Positions 39,019 to 48,769 of a stretch of 64,000 nt of DNA are shown here, in pieces. The notes under the pieces are model-generated. The model worked only from the letters and a program-made list of their open reading frames with translations. It had not been told where the DNA came from and made no database searches. The position numbers and the translations under genes are program-made. The first letter of the stretch is position 1. Each line of letters opens with the position of its first letter. The stretch comes from a virus (lineage: Duplodnaviria; Caudoviricetes), in the IMG/VR virus record IMGVR_UViG_3300015606_001334, positions 295,551 to 359,550 of that record; one strand, 5' to 3'.

Positions 39019-39414
39019 TTAGTTTTCCTTTTCGTATGGTTTTGATAAAATTGAGACTACAAACTTTGTGAGAAATACACCTGAGGCGTCTTTGTTAGAC
39101 TTGCTCATAACGTACAGCCTAAGGAGTTCATTGTTCGCCCAACGGTTTAGGGCGCCCGTTGATTGCATGCCTGAAGGATCTTCACCAAATTCTGGATTGA
39201 CGCCAGTTTGGATAAAGAACTCATCGGGTTTGGAAGCGTTTAGTTGGCTAACAACGTCAGCGGTAAAGGATTGCGCGGTGTCTAGGCATTCCTTATAGCC
39301 GTTGAATAGCTTAGAGCGGATTTTTGCTTCGTTGAACTTTGCCAGATTCTTAAAAATGGGCAAAGAACTCAACTCAGCGTCCGAGGTATTGACACTAACG
39401 AAATATGCGAACAT
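39019..39414 (-). CDS. Hypothetical protein
   Basis: 131 aa, in the operon. Confidence 0.6.
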   Translation of the reverse strand: MFAYFVSVNTSDAELSSLPIFKNLAKFNEAKIRSKLFNGYKECLDTAQSFTADVVSQLNASKPDEFFIQTGVNPEFGEDPSGMQSTGALNRWANNELLRLYVMSKSNKDASGVFLTKFVVSILSKPYEKEN

Positions 39415-39420
39415 GTTATT

Positions 39421-39879
39421 TTAATTCAAAAGGGATTTTTCTGTAACTGTATGCTTTGAAAAATGTCTTGGATCTTCATCAGAAAGTAAAGCTTCAAGAG
39501 TGTTCTTACTATCTTTCGGTCTAACGCATACAGCAATTTGACCCTGACGATCCTTGTCCTCGTCGACGATGTTGATTCGTTTGACGAAGTACTCATCTTC
39601 GATTCTTTGGGCTTGATCTTCTATTTCGTCCTCATCATAGGAGAAGGTGAAGTCTTCCTTAAGATGTGGGAAATACCTTGCGTTGTATTTTCGTTCTACT
39701 TCGAAACCTTCAATGTTGTCAGCTAAAGCACTAGCGACACCGATCAACTCAATGTCACTAATTTGATGGTTGGTCATAGCGAACACGGAATCAAACCCAT
39801 ATTTGTCTCCTCCAACCAAAATTTGGCTGCAAAGCTTTGGGTTTGATAGTTCAACAGTTGCGAAGTATTTTTCTGTCAT
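39421..39879 (-). CDS. Hypothetical protein
   Basis: 152 aa, ATGA overlap. Confidence 0.6.
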   Translation of the reverse strand: MTEKYFATVELSNPKLCSQILVGGDKYGFDSVFAMTNHQISDIELIGVASALADNIEGFEVERKYNARYFPHLKEDFTFSYDEDEIEDQAQRIEDEYFVKRINIVDEDKDRQGQIAVCVRPKDSKNTLEALLSDEDPRHFSKHTVTEKSLLN

Positions 39880-40958
39880 ATTGGCCCTAGAACGAATTTA
39901 TTATTTTTAGTTAGATTTGCGTTTACGGCGGTGTCGTCACCAGACGCAAGAGAAGATTTCGCGAACTCTTTATCTCGGCTAAACACTGATTCTATTGAGA
40001 TAGCTGGAAATACATCAACCAGCGATTCAGACGTGACACGTAGGGTTTTAACCTTGTTTGGTGCTTCATAACGCAAGTGACGTGTCGAAGTATCCAAGTC
40101 ACTAGCAAAAATCAATCGAGAAAAAATTCTATCTGCAATAGTGAATGGTTCTGCGGCTAGAATGATCGCAGATTCTGAAGTTGGATACTCAACACCATCT
40201 ACCTTAATCGATTTGATTGTCAATCGAGTATTTAGGTCGATGGTAGTCAAATCAGTACAGGTGAACAATGAGTAAAATTCATTGTTGATCTTCACATCTT
40301 GAACGTTTGACCAAGCACTTGTAGAAAGGCCAGGAACATTACGATCAAAAGAAAGAGTACGAATTACTTCGGTTGCTGCAGTAAAAACTAGAATTTTAAC
40401 AAAGATGCTAGACGTTCCAAAAGTCGCGTAAATGATTGGCGAGTTGAAACGAATGATGTTGTTTTCAGCTGTGTACAATGACGAATCGTATTCTTGACCA
40501 TTGATGTAGATAGAGATGTCTGATGTCTCATCAAAGGTCAAAATTTTCTGTTGAGCTGAATTGTCTTTTCCAGAAATCGCGCTGACTGGGATCGTGATAT
40601 TGTAGACGTATTCTACGTATTCAACTTCCTTTGTCAGAATTTCGGTAAGTGTTACAACCGCATTGGATGCCGACATGAACAACCCTTTGACAGCAAGGGT
40701 AATTTCATTTGAGGTTCCGCTACATGGACTGATGTACTCAGGAATGGAAGTATCTTCCTTAGTCCCAATAACAGAACTTTGTACGGCGGTCGTATAGTTT
40801 AGAATGTTGTCTTTGACATTCTTATCTTCTACGAACCTCAATCTGCCTAGACAACCTTTAGTTAGGTTGCAGCGATCGATGAATGCGTGAGTTAAATCGT
40901 TGTCAACGTCTACTTCTTTTCCACAAGTATCACATTTGTAATGTCTAAATTTGCTCAT
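39876..40958 (-). CDS. Hypothetical protein with N-terminal Zn ribbon
   Basis: CDTC...C....GC.G, beta-rich body with IYINGQE motif. Confidence 0.6.
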   Translation of the reverse strand: MSKFRHYKCDTCGKEVDVDNDLTHAFIDRCNLTKGCLGRLRFVEDKNVKDNILNYTTAVQSSVIGTKEDTSIPEYISPCSGTSNEITLAVKGLFMSASNAVVTLTEILTKEVEYVEYVYNITIPVSAISGKDNSAQQKILTFDETSDISIYINGQEYDSSLYTAENNIIRFNSPIIYATFGTSSIFVKILVFTAATEVIRTLSFDRNVPGLSTSAWSNVQDVKINNEFYSLFTCTDLTTIDLNTRLTIKSIKVDGVEYPTSESAIILAAEPFTIADRIFSRLIFASDLDTSTRHLRYEAPNKVKTLRVTSESLVDVFPAISIESVFSRDKEFAKSSLASGDDTAVNANLTKNNKFVLGPI

Positions 40959-41197
40959 TGATTCTTTACTTTCCTGTAACGGCGTAGAATTACGTCAACG
41001 TCGTTGCAGGTAAATGCATGACCATTTTCGAAATTCACTACCTTAACACATTTGTCGTCGTCAGCTGAGACATAAACCTCAGGCAAGAGACGATATTGAT
41101 TAACGTAGTTATTTATTCCGATTAGACTTGAGGTGATAATGCTTACCAGGACGGCAAAGAGAAAAAGCTGTTTACCAGAAACGCTATACAAAGTCAT
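40955..41197 (-). CDS. Small membrane-anchored protein
   Basis: N-terminal TM helix, two Cys. Confidence 0.55.
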   Translation of the reverse strand: MTLYSVSGKQLFLFAVLVSIITSSLIGINNYVNQYRLLPEVYVSADDDKCVKVVNFENGHAFTCNDVDVILRRYRKVKNQ

Positions 41198-41559
41198 GAT
41201 TCTTCCTTTTCAGTGTTGATCTTTTGCTTAACTAGCCAGGCGGCTCGGTTCAAAACGTCGCCAAGAGTTTCATCCATATAGTCGCTTCCCCAATAGTTTT
41301 GTAGGGCGCCTATCTCAACGTAGTTAAGCAGTTGTTTACCTGTCAGGTGAATTGAGACGTATTCGATCTGCTCGGGAATTCCACGAAGCTTGTAATTGAT
41401 GATCACGTCAAAATCTTTTGGTGTGAGAATATTCAGCTCTTCACTGCCGAGCGGCGGACCGAATGGAGGATCGGTTATCACGCCATCATTGCAATGAGCG
41501 CAATACCCAAATCCACAACCACATTCTTCATAAGTTCCTGCACAATACCGACAGAGCAT
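41194..41559 (-). CDS. Cys-rich (Zn-finger-like) hypothetical protein; start revised to ATG 41559
   Basis: MLCRYC...CGCGFGYCAHC. TAATG coupling with the upstream 58-aa ORF. Confidence 0.55.
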   Translation of the reverse strand: MLCRYCAGTYEECGCGFGYCAHCNDGVITDPPFGPPLGSEELNILTPKDFDVIINYKLRGIPEQIEYVSIHLTGKQLLNYVEIGALQNYWGSDYMDETLGDVLNRAAWLVKQKINTEKEES

Positions 41560-41735
41560 TAAGTTCCTCTCACTGTATAGAGATCTTCTGGGCGAACCCA
41601 TTTCTTCCAATCGAACGTCGTATCGACTGGAGTTACCTCTATCAATTTTAGTTCTTTGTTCTTGATAGGAAGGATTTTCACCGCTTCTCTACCAGTTTTC
41701 TTTACTTCGGTGCCTTCAAATACAAAGGTTTCCAT
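41559..41735 (-). CDS. 58-aa hypothetical protein missing from the ORF track
   Basis: METFVFEGTEVKKTGREAVK...WKKWVRPEDLYTVRGT*. GGAG RBS, fills the gap exactly. Confidence 0.7.
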   Translation of the reverse strand: METFVFEGTEVKKTGREAVKILPIKNKELKLIEVTPVDTTFDWKKWVRPEDLYTVRGT

Positions 41736-42063
41736 CTTTACTCCTGAACTCCAAATAGCTATTTAATAGCTCCTTGATGTTCTTTGCGCCAACTGGATTT
41801 TGGCTGTGAACGTCAAAGCTGAAGTTCTCAGGAATAAATGGCAAGCCAAGCAGGCACCCGTTGATGTCGATGTCAATCAACCATTTTACGACCTTCATTG
41901 CGGTGTCTTCGCCACCTAGGTCATGGTCAAAAGAGATAAATTCAGGACAACCATTCTTGTGGATGATGTCTATGCTTTCGTTACTCGACCGGGCAATCAC
42001 AAATGCCTTGACGGAATAATCCGAAGGGTATCGTTCATCATCGATAAACAGGTTGTAAGCCAT
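41716..42063 (-). CDS. Receiver-like 'cyclic-phosphate processing' domain protein
   Basis: LFIDDER.P, ISFDHDLG and VHSQNPVG motifs. Confidence 0.7.
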   Translation of the reverse strand: MAYNLFIDDERYPSDYSVKAFVIARSSNESIDIIHKNGCPEFISFDHDLGGEDTAMKVVKWLIDIDINGCLLGLPFIPENFSFDVHSQNPVGAKNIKELLNSYLEFRSKDGNLCI

Positions 42064-42086
42064 AATTTGCTCCTTTACGTTTTTGA

Positions 42087-42115
42087 ATTATAACACAAAG
42101 GAGCAAATTTGTAAA
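42087..42115 (-). promoter_or_regulatory. Early sigma70-type promoter TTTACA-N17-TATAAT
   Basis: - strand TTTACA aatttgctcctttgtgt TATAAT, with extended TG. Confidence 0.85.
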
Positions 42116-42586
42116 TCAGGATTGCTTCAACAATTTTGCCATCTTGTCTTCATGCTTTGCCAAGACAACGACGGAGCGATCAAGATCCATTTCCGCGTCT
42201 ACATGGGAAGGACATCTAGGAGAAATCCAACCATTGTTCGTCATCGAACCTTTATCCCCGCAGAAGATGCATGTTTTTGCTGATTTGGCTTCTGCTTCTT
42301 CTATTGGACCTTTAAACAGGAACAATCTTTCGTCTGGAATTCCAATGGTGCCAAAGTGTAGTCGAAGTCTTCCGAACTTCTCTTTCACCTGCACTATCTG
42401 AATTCGCTCGTTATTTCCAAGTCGTCCTTGGAGTTCACAAAGCAATTCATCTACCAAAGTTATCCACCCTGGTAGAATCGAAATATCGTATGCGTTGTGG
42501 CTGAAGAGATTGCTGTGCTTCTTAACTATCTCATAAATGTTGTTTAGTGCTTTTTCATAAGTCATTACTTTCACCATAGAACTCAT
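42116..42586 (-). CDS. Hypothetical protein (QVKEKFGRLR motif, C-terminal Zn site)
   Basis: GW..L, QVKEKFG.LR and S.KTCIFCG...GW....C..H motifs. Confidence 0.65.
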   Translation of the reverse strand: MSSMVKVMTYEKALNNIYEIVKKHSNLFSHNAYDISILPGWITLVDELLCELQGRLGNNERIQIVQVKEKFGRLRLHFGTIGIPDERLFLFKGPIEEAEAKSAKTCIFCGDKGSMTNNGWISPRCPSHVDAEMDLDRSVVVLAKHEDKMAKLLKQS

Positions 42587-43187
42587 TCATTGCAAAGGAG
42601 GTTAGTCCTTTGATAATTTTGCAGGTTTCTAGGGTCATAAGAATGTCTTCCAAAGCATTGTGGGCTCCGCGCTTGTCAAAACCGAGGCGTTCGAACAGCA
42701 TATCGGACTTGTACAGGCCAAGGGTAATAAAACCGCAGGCAGACGTGTCGAGTACGACGTGATGTAGCTTCAATTTCGGCAAGCCATGATCCATAAGCAG
42801 TTGGTTCGTGAACTTGATGTCGAAGTCCGCGTTGTGGCCGAGGAAAATAGGCTTTCCTTCTGGACCCCAATACTTAAGGATCAATTCGCCAAGGTCCACA
42901 CAGGCCTCATCTCGAGCAACACCATGCTTTTGCAGATGTTCTTGAGACAGTCCATGAATTGCTTCGGCTTCTTTTGACCATTTGTATTTATCTGTATCGA
43001 AGTGTAACTCACGATACATGGTCTCAATTGGTTCAAAAGTGTCAGCGTCGAAGACAACTGCGCCGAAAGAGATGCCTTGGTACTTTTTGTGGGAACCATC
43101 AGGATCGTCCCAATCAGAGCCAGTGGTTTCCCAGTCAATGCCCAGACCGAACTTCGGATGATTTTTTGGTTTTTTGGTGATAGCCAT
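42555..43187 (-). CDS. DEDDh 3'-5' exonuclease (DnaQ-like)
   Basis: DWETTG, GHNADFD, LDT and HNALED motifs. Confidence 0.85.
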   Translation of the reverse strand: MAITKKPKNHPKFGLGIDWETTGSDWDDPDGSHKKYQGISFGAVVFDADTFEPIETMYRELHFDTDKYKWSKEAEAIHGLSQEHLQKHGVARDEACVDLGELILKYWGPEGKPIFLGHNADFDIKFTNQLLMDHGLPKLKLHHVVLDTSACGFITLGLYKSDMLFERLGFDKRGAHNALEDILMTLETCKIIKGLTSFAMNEFYGESNDL

Positions 43188-43218
43188 TTTATTGTTCTTA
43201 TAAGAGGATGACAGTCAA

Positions 43219-44562
43219 TTATAAACCAACTTCACCTTGTTGTAAACAAGTTTTTGCGATGATCGGTTCGAGTTCGGGGAACAAAGAAAGATAGTTCGTT
43301 CCCTTACGCTGGTCACTTTGCTCGATGAAATCTTGAAGTTGAGCAATGAAGAAGTCCTTCTTCTCCATGTCCTTGTTCATCACATCGATCAATCGTTTGA
43401 GTTGTTCTACCTCTAGTTCGGTGAAAATGTCCTTGTGTTTCTCGATCTGTCGAATGATGCCATCGGACATGATCTTCTTGCAGGTCTCGGGGAGAAGGCG
43501 AAGATCGAAATACTCAGGTCCTCTGATGAAGATGAACAGGATGTTGACTCGACCAGGGAAGCGAACCTTCAAGTCAGCATACCATTCCACGAAGTCTTCG
43601 AAAGAGTTGTAGCAGAGTAGATTGACTGTGGTCGAGAAGAACAAAGAAGACTTGCTGCCAGTATTCTGCAGGAATCGTTCAATATTAGACTTGAACAAAG
43701 TAAAATCCATTCCAGCTCGAATGTATTCCTGATGAGAACCATAGGCTTCAGCGCTGGCGTACAATACGAAATTCTTCAATTGCGGCTCTATGAGGTTGAC
43801 TTCCTCTATGAACTTATCGATGATTCGTTCAGTAAGGGAGAAATTGGAATTGACACCAAACAACAGCTTAGGGTTTGCCAACTCCTTCATTTGATCCAAC
43901 ATCTTCCATAGATGCTTTGACTTCAATGGCTCGCCACCTGTAACTCTAAGTACCTCAAGGTTAGGGAACAAGTCAGGCCACCATTCCCAAAAAGCTTTGA
44001 TGAACGGATTGGTCTCTTCAGGGATCAACTTGACTGGATGATGTTGCTCTTTGCCTGCCAGTTTGTATGGTCCGAATTTTTCAACCTCGTCTTGCCAAAC
44101 GGTTGACGCCCAAGGGGTGCAATACAAACACTTCAAATTACAGACTGAATCGAATGAAACTTCTACATAGGATGGGGTGATAGTCTCTCCTAGACCTGAG
44201 GCAACTACCTCATCAAATCTCGATCTAGCAAAATCACCAGAGGACTTCAGAATACGGTCGCTTATGTATTCCCCATCACCAAGTTTCTCTACGGTCCAGC
44301 AATAGTCACATTCCTTAGGATATTTGCCTGCTCGCATGTCTTCTCGGTTCATCATCTTGATTGGTGTATTGTGCAAGGCCGAAGGATTGTTCTTAATCGC
44401 TGGAACAGAGATGTTATGAGAAGGACAAAGAGTGCAGGAGTGGGTCGTACCTCGATTCAGGTAGATAATGGTTTGAAGCCATTTTGCTAAGCAGAATGAA
44501 GGTGATACTTCTTGCAGTCTAAGCTTGGTCTCTTGCAGGATAGGTTTGGATTTGAGTTTCAT
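43219..44562 (-). CDS. Radical SAM protein with N-terminal twitch-like Cys cluster
   Basis: FCLAKW...HSC...ECDYCW, CNLKCLYC, TGGEP. Confidence 0.85.
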   Translation of the reverse strand: MKLKSKPILQETKLRLQEVSPSFCLAKWLQTIIYLNRGTTHSCTLCPSHNISVPAIKNNPSALHNTPIKMMNREDMRAGKYPKECDYCWTVEKLGDGEYISDRILKSSGDFARSRFDEVVASGLGETITPSYVEVSFDSVCNLKCLYCTPWASTVWQDEVEKFGPYKLAGKEQHHPVKLIPEETNPFIKAFWEWWPDLFPNLEVLRVTGGEPLKSKHLWKMLDQMKELANPKLLFGVNSNFSLTERIIDKFIEEVNLIEPQLKNFVLYASAEAYGSHQEYIRAGMDFTLFKSNIERFLQNTGSKSSLFFSTTVNLLCYNSFEDFVEWYADLKVRFPGRVNILFIFIRGPEYFDLRLLPETCKKIMSDGIIRQIEKHKDIFTELEVEQLKRLIDVMNKDMEKKDFFIAQLQDFIEQSDQRKGTNYLSLFPELEPIIAKTCLQQGEVGL

Positions 44563-46430
44563 TTCTGAACGAAGACGTTTCTTCTTAGGTTATTACGTAC
44601 GCAAATGTAGGTAAGAAGGTGAAGGTTGAATGAGCAGGATTTGTCACCAAAGAACTTGTAAAACTCGATATGATCAGTGAATCTAAAGCGAACATTGAAT
44701 TGAGTTTCATCTGTAGATTCATTCTTCTCAACACTATCAAAGTTGGCAGAGAAGTACGAATGGATTCGCTCGAAATAATCTGTTAGCTCTCCTGCTAAGG
44801 AATCAGTAATTTGACCTGTTAGGCTTATCACTAGGTCGATTGGATGGGCAATCTCATTGTTTGAGTAATTGACCAACGTAGATTTATCTACCTTCATCTT
44901 TAAGCTCTCTTCTTTATCGGTGGATAGCACTGCATCTTTAGCTGAAATCAATTGCTCGTAATGCTCAGTTCCTTTGACGATGTTTAGTAACTCTTCTACC
45001 AAATCGTCTCGGCCCATGGTTACAAAGTAGAAAAGATAGCGGCGCAGGTACCAACCTGGAAATTCGTGGAACTTGCCTGGCTTGATGTATTTCTCATAGC
45101 ATTCCATCATCCCTTCAGTGTTGCACTCATTTGCTAGGATGTCGATATAGAAGAAGAGATAGTGGTAGATTGCTGCGTAATCGTCTTTAGCTTCAGCCTC
45201 TTTAAAACATTCTGTTATGATGCTTGAATATCGTTGCTTCTTCTCAAGGGTCTGAATTCTTTCGCTCTCTAGATGAAGCAAATAGAATGGTACCTGCATC
45301 AAAGGACGATGCCAAACTTCTTCCTCTACAAATCGATGTTGCTCATGGATTTGGTACACCCAGTAGCCAGGATCAGCAGACCTAAAAATTCTTTGTAGGT
45401 TGAATGGTGGAGAACCACTAATGTCTTGACGAGTAATCTCAAATGCGCTATAGTCACGGTCACTATTCGCCAGGAATCGTTTCAGGGTATCTATGCTGCA
45501 ACGTTCATACATTGGAGATTCATCGATGTCTACCCAGAAAATGAAGTCATAATCATCTAGCTTATCCTTTATCAGCTCCATCAACTTGGATCTAAAGTCT
45601 CCGTAATGGACCTTCTCAAATTGATTGGTAAACACTTCAACCTTGTTCTCAAAATCAACATCTCGGATTAGGTTGATTGTTTCATCTGTAGAGCCAGTGT
45701 CAAGCAAGAAGATCTTATCAAACTCAAGATGATCCTGAACATAACGCTGAATATGTCTCTCTTCGTTCTTCATGATCCCTAGTATGGCGACCTTGAAGTA
45801 TTGCTTGTAGTATAGATCGTCTAGCAAGTCATTCATCTTCTTGCTGGAAATCATTACGTCAAGGTTGAACTTGGTAATGTTCGACAGGACGACGTCACAA
45901 ATTCGTTTACTTCTTGGGTGACATTTCCAATCGTTCAATTGCTCATGATTTCCCCAGAAATAGAGCTTCACTATCTCTTTAGCGACAACTTTGAACTCTA
46001 AGTAATTGCTTTCGTCGAAAGAATGACGACTATAAGCGACATCATCCTTTACAGGAAGATTCATATGGACTGAAAGGTCATGCTCAGTCTTAGTAAGCAT
46101 GAGACTATTATTCAAATGGTCTGCAGTAAGGATCTTTATTCCACCATGGCAGGCTTTAAAGCCGTATGGAGACTCTGCAAATACCTTGCAGCAAGAATCG
46201 TAGCCAATCAGGTCAACAAAGTTCTCAAATACCCAATTGTCTCCTTCGACGATAATGAACTTCTCATCTTTCTTTTCGAAAGAATCTGCGACAGCCTTGA
46301 ATGACTCTCTTTTTGTTCTTCCCTTTGCGTCGAATGGGATGATGTTTGTTCTATTCCCTACGACAGTCCTGAGATTGAGGAGATTCTTTTCCCAATGCTT
46401 CTCATTTGAATATAAAAATATGATGTCCAT
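44559..46430 (-). CDS. Two-domain glycosyltransferase (N-terminus paralogous to 57392; GT2 domain; helical C-terminus)
   Basis: IMKNEERHI, LDTGSTDET, WVDIDE and W...IHE motifs. N-terminal VEGDN...HGGIKI. Confidence 0.75.
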   Translation of the reverse strand: MDIIFLYSNEKHWEKNLLNLRTVVGNRTNIIPFDAKGRTKRESFKAVADSFEKKDEKFIIVEGDNWVFENFVDLIGYDSCCKVFAESPYGFKACHGGIKILTADHLNNSLMLTKTEHDLSVHMNLPVKDDVAYSRHSFDESNYLEFKVVAKEIVKLYFWGNHEQLNDWKCHPRSKRICDVVLSNITKFNLDVMISSKKMNDLLDDLYYKQYFKVAILGIMKNEERHIQRYVQDHLEFDKIFLLDTGSTDETINLIRDVDFENKVEVFTNQFEKVHYGDFRSKLMELIKDKLDDYDFIFWVDIDESPMYERCSIDTLKRFLANSDRDYSAFEITRQDISGSPPFNLQRIFRSADPGYWVYQIHEQHRFVEEEVWHRPLMQVPFYLLHLESERIQTLEKKQRYSSIITECFKEAEAKDDYAAIYHYLFFYIDILANECNTEGMMECYEKYIKPGKFHEFPGWYLRRYLFYFVTMGRDDLVEELLNIVKGTEHYEQLISAKDAVLSTDKEESLKMKVDKSTLVNYSNNEIAHPIDLVISLTGQITDSLAGELTDYFERIHSYFSANFDSVEKNESTDETQFNVRFRFTDHIEFYKFFGDKSCSFNLHLLTYICVRNNLRRNVFVQK

Positions 46431-46683
46431 TGTCTTCTTGTATTTCCCAATCTAGGCTTTCGCAGTTCAAAAGGATTTGAAGGTCAGCTGCTCTATCTGC
46501 GTTTAGCTTGTAGGCGATTAGGCTTGTTCCTGTTTCTGTGTCATAAATGATTGCTCTTGGGGAAGATAAAGCAAAGTACTCACGGAGATAATGAAATAGG
46601 TTGAACTTCATTTCTCCGTTTTTCATTTTAGAGATGTCAAGTATGATGTTAAAATAGCTTGACACTAAAGTAGAGTACATCAA
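46402..46683 (-). CDS. Hypothetical protein
   Basis: 93 aa, overlaps both neighbours. Confidence 0.45.
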   Translation of the reverse strand: MMYSTLVSSYFNIILDISKMKNGEMKFNLFHYLREYFALSSPRAIIYDTETGTSLIAYKLNADRAADLQILLNCESLDWEIQEDNGHHIFIFK

Positions 46684-48170
46684 AATACCTTCACGCCGTA
46701 AGTCTTAGCAAATCGAAGAGCATCTTCCCAAGTATCTACCAATGGTTGTCCCTTGATATTCAAGCTGGTGTTGAGTAGGATAGGGCAACCAGTCTTTAGG
46801 TAGAATCCTTTGAGTAGGTTGTAGATGTTCTCGTTCTGTTCCTTATTTACTGTTTGAACTCTAGAGGATCCGTCAAAGTGACAAATAGCAGGGAACAATT
46901 CAGGGAACTTACACTTTGCGGTGAATTGCATGTAAGGGGAAGACTCAACAGGAAGCTCAAAGAACTCATGAGCATATTCTTCCATGATCATAGGAGCAAA
47001 TGGACGAAAACGTTGACGCTTCTTGATGTCATTTACCTGATCCTTGATGGTACCACCTCTTGGGTCTGCAATCAATGAACGATTACCAAGAGCTCTTGGG
47101 CCAAACTCAGCCCTACCATTAGCAATCGCAAGGATCTTATCGGATTCTAATGCTCTCAGGATGCCATCCTTATCGAAGTCTCGATCAATGTTTGTGCCAA
47201 GGTAAGGATGCTCCCAATTGAGGTGTTCATGCTTGTAGGCAGCAATCGCGCCTAATGAGGATCCAGCATCTCCTGGGTTGGGCATAATCCAAACGGTATC
47301 GAAGAATTTTTTACCAAACTTTGACATTGCTGCAATCTTTTCATTAGCGACGCAGTTCAAAGCGACACCACCAGAAATGACGAGATTCTTAGAAGGAAGT
47401 CTCATCGCAATCCACATTGCACAACCTAGCATGTAGTCTTCGACGATTTGTTGAGCAGATGCTGCCAAGTCGTAATGATCTTGTTCAGTCTTAATCACAT
47501 CAGCCAACCAATCCATACAGCCCATATGAAGGTTACGCTTTAGCTCAAAATGAGGAGGATGATCGATGTTGATTAGATCCTTTCTCATTTGATCGTAGAA
47601 CTTTGGAGTACCGTAGGCGGCCATCCCCATAAGGATGAACTCTTCCTCATTAGGCTTCAAGCCAACTCGGTGTGTAATCGCTGAGTAGAACAAACCAATC
47701 GAATGAGGGTAACTTTGGTCAAACACCTTTTTCATGTTCAACCCTTCAGCCTGCCAAATCGAAGTCGTAATGAATTCTCCAATGGCGTCCACGACTAGGA
47801 TGCTAGCATGAGGAAGGCCTGAGGTAAAGTATCCGCCTGCAGCATGGGACATGTGGTGATCCACATACTCAATAGGAACATGGCCTAGTCCGCATCCTTT
47901 CAAATACTCTTTAGGAGAAGTTGCTTTGACCTCACCCCATTCTCCAGTCAATGCTTGACGAAGCTTCTTCTTTAAAGGCTTCTCAAACCAGACAATTTTC
48001 TCAGGTGCTCCGTGATGTGCGGCTGCACTGACAATTTCTGAGTTGAGAAACTTATCATTCTTCTTTTTTGAGTAGCGCTCTGAGTGCGCGGCAAACTGGA
48101 TATTGTTGTCACCGTCTACGACAGTAATTGACGCGTCATGGCTTAAGGCGGATATTCCCCAAATAGTCAT
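46680..48170 (-). CDS. Carbamoyltransferase (NodU/CmcH family)
   Basis: HDAS...ERYSKKKND, HHMSHAA, DAIGE, GGVALNC, GRAEFGPRALGNRS, FRPFAP and LLNTSLN motifs. Confidence 0.93.
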   Translation of the reverse strand: MTIWGISALSHDASITVVDGDNNIQFAAHSERYSKKKNDKFLNSEIVSAAAHHGAPEKIVWFEKPLKKKLRQALTGEWGEVKATSPKEYLKGCGLGHVPIEYVDHHMSHAAGGYFTSGLPHASILVVDAIGEFITTSIWQAEGLNMKKVFDQSYPHSIGLFYSAITHRVGLKPNEEEFILMGMAAYGTPKFYDQMRKDLINIDHPPHFELKRNLHMGCMDWLADVIKTEQDHYDLAASAQQIVEDYMLGCAMWIAMRLPSKNLVISGGVALNCVANEKIAAMSKFGKKFFDTVWIMPNPGDAGSSLGAIAAYKHEHLNWEHPYLGTNIDRDFDKDGILRALESDKILAIANGRAEFGPRALGNRSLIADPRGGTIKDQVNDIKKRQRFRPFAPMIMEEYAHEFFELPVESSPYMQFTAKCKFPELFPAICHFDGSSRVQTVNKEQNENIYNLLKGFYLKTGCPILLNTSLNIKGQPLVDTWEDALRFAKTYGVKVF

Positions 48171-48179
48171 AGAAACCTC

Positions 48180-48281
48180 TTAGTGGTAGATGAAAGGGTC
48201 GCCCTTTTTCATGTTCTTGATGCGTTTGCGGGTCTCGAAATAGTTCTTGACTAGGAAAATCCAGTAGCGAATAGTAGACAT
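48180..48281 (-). CDS. 33-aa basic/aromatic peptide missing from the ORF track
   Basis: MSTIRYWIFLVKNYFETRKRIKNMKKGDPFIYH*. GAGG RBS, ATAAATA upstream, stop 10 nt before the carbamoyltransferase start. Confidence 0.7.
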   Translation of the reverse strand: MSTIRYWIFLVKNYFETRKRIKNMKKGDPFIYH

Positions 48282-48290
48282 TTTGTCCTC

Positions 48291-48320
48291 ATAAATAGGA
48301 AGGTTAACAGACATATTTAT
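48291..48320. promoter_or_regulatory. Face-to-face late promoter boxes (ATAAATA + at 48291-48297; - at 48314-48320)
   Basis: Both lie in the 50-nt divergent intergenic region. Confidence 0.6.
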
Positions 48321-48331
48321 CCAATTGAAAA

Positions 48332-48769
48332 ATGATCAAGATCGCACACCGTGGAAACTACAAAGGCATCAACCGTCAACTCGAAAATACCGTCCCTTAC
48401 CTAAGAGAAGCAATCAAGGCTGGGTATGATGTGGAAGTCGATATCTGGAAGATTGATGGTCAATACTTACTAGGTCATGATGGTCCTCAACACCCAATTT
48501 CCATCTCCGAAATTCTTGAAATCCAAGAAAAAGCTTGGTTCCACGCCAAAAACTATGAGGCATTAGAGGGAATGTTGAAGTTTGAGGCCCATGTTTTCTT
48601 CCATGATCAAGATGAATACACCTTGACCTCTAATGGAATCATATGGGCCTACTCTGGAAAGTATGTTGGTAGTCTAGCGATTGCTTGTATGCCAGAAATG
48701 ACTGAAGGTTTTGTAGTTCCTAAGAATGCCTTAGGAGTTTGCTCAGATAATCTTGAAAGTTTTGAATAA
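48332..48769 (+). CDS. Glycerophosphodiester phosphodiesterase (GDPD)-like protein, short
   Basis: IAHRGN...ENT, GYDVEVD, LGHD, HAKN and GVCSD motifs. Confidence 0.8.
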   Translation: MIKIAHRGNYKGINRQLENTVPYLREAIKAGYDVEVDIWKIDGQYLLGHDGPQHPISISEILEIQEKAWFHAKNYEALEGMLKFEAHVFFHDQDEYTLTSNGIIWAYSGKYVGSLAIACMPEMTEGFVVPKNALGVCSDNLESFE

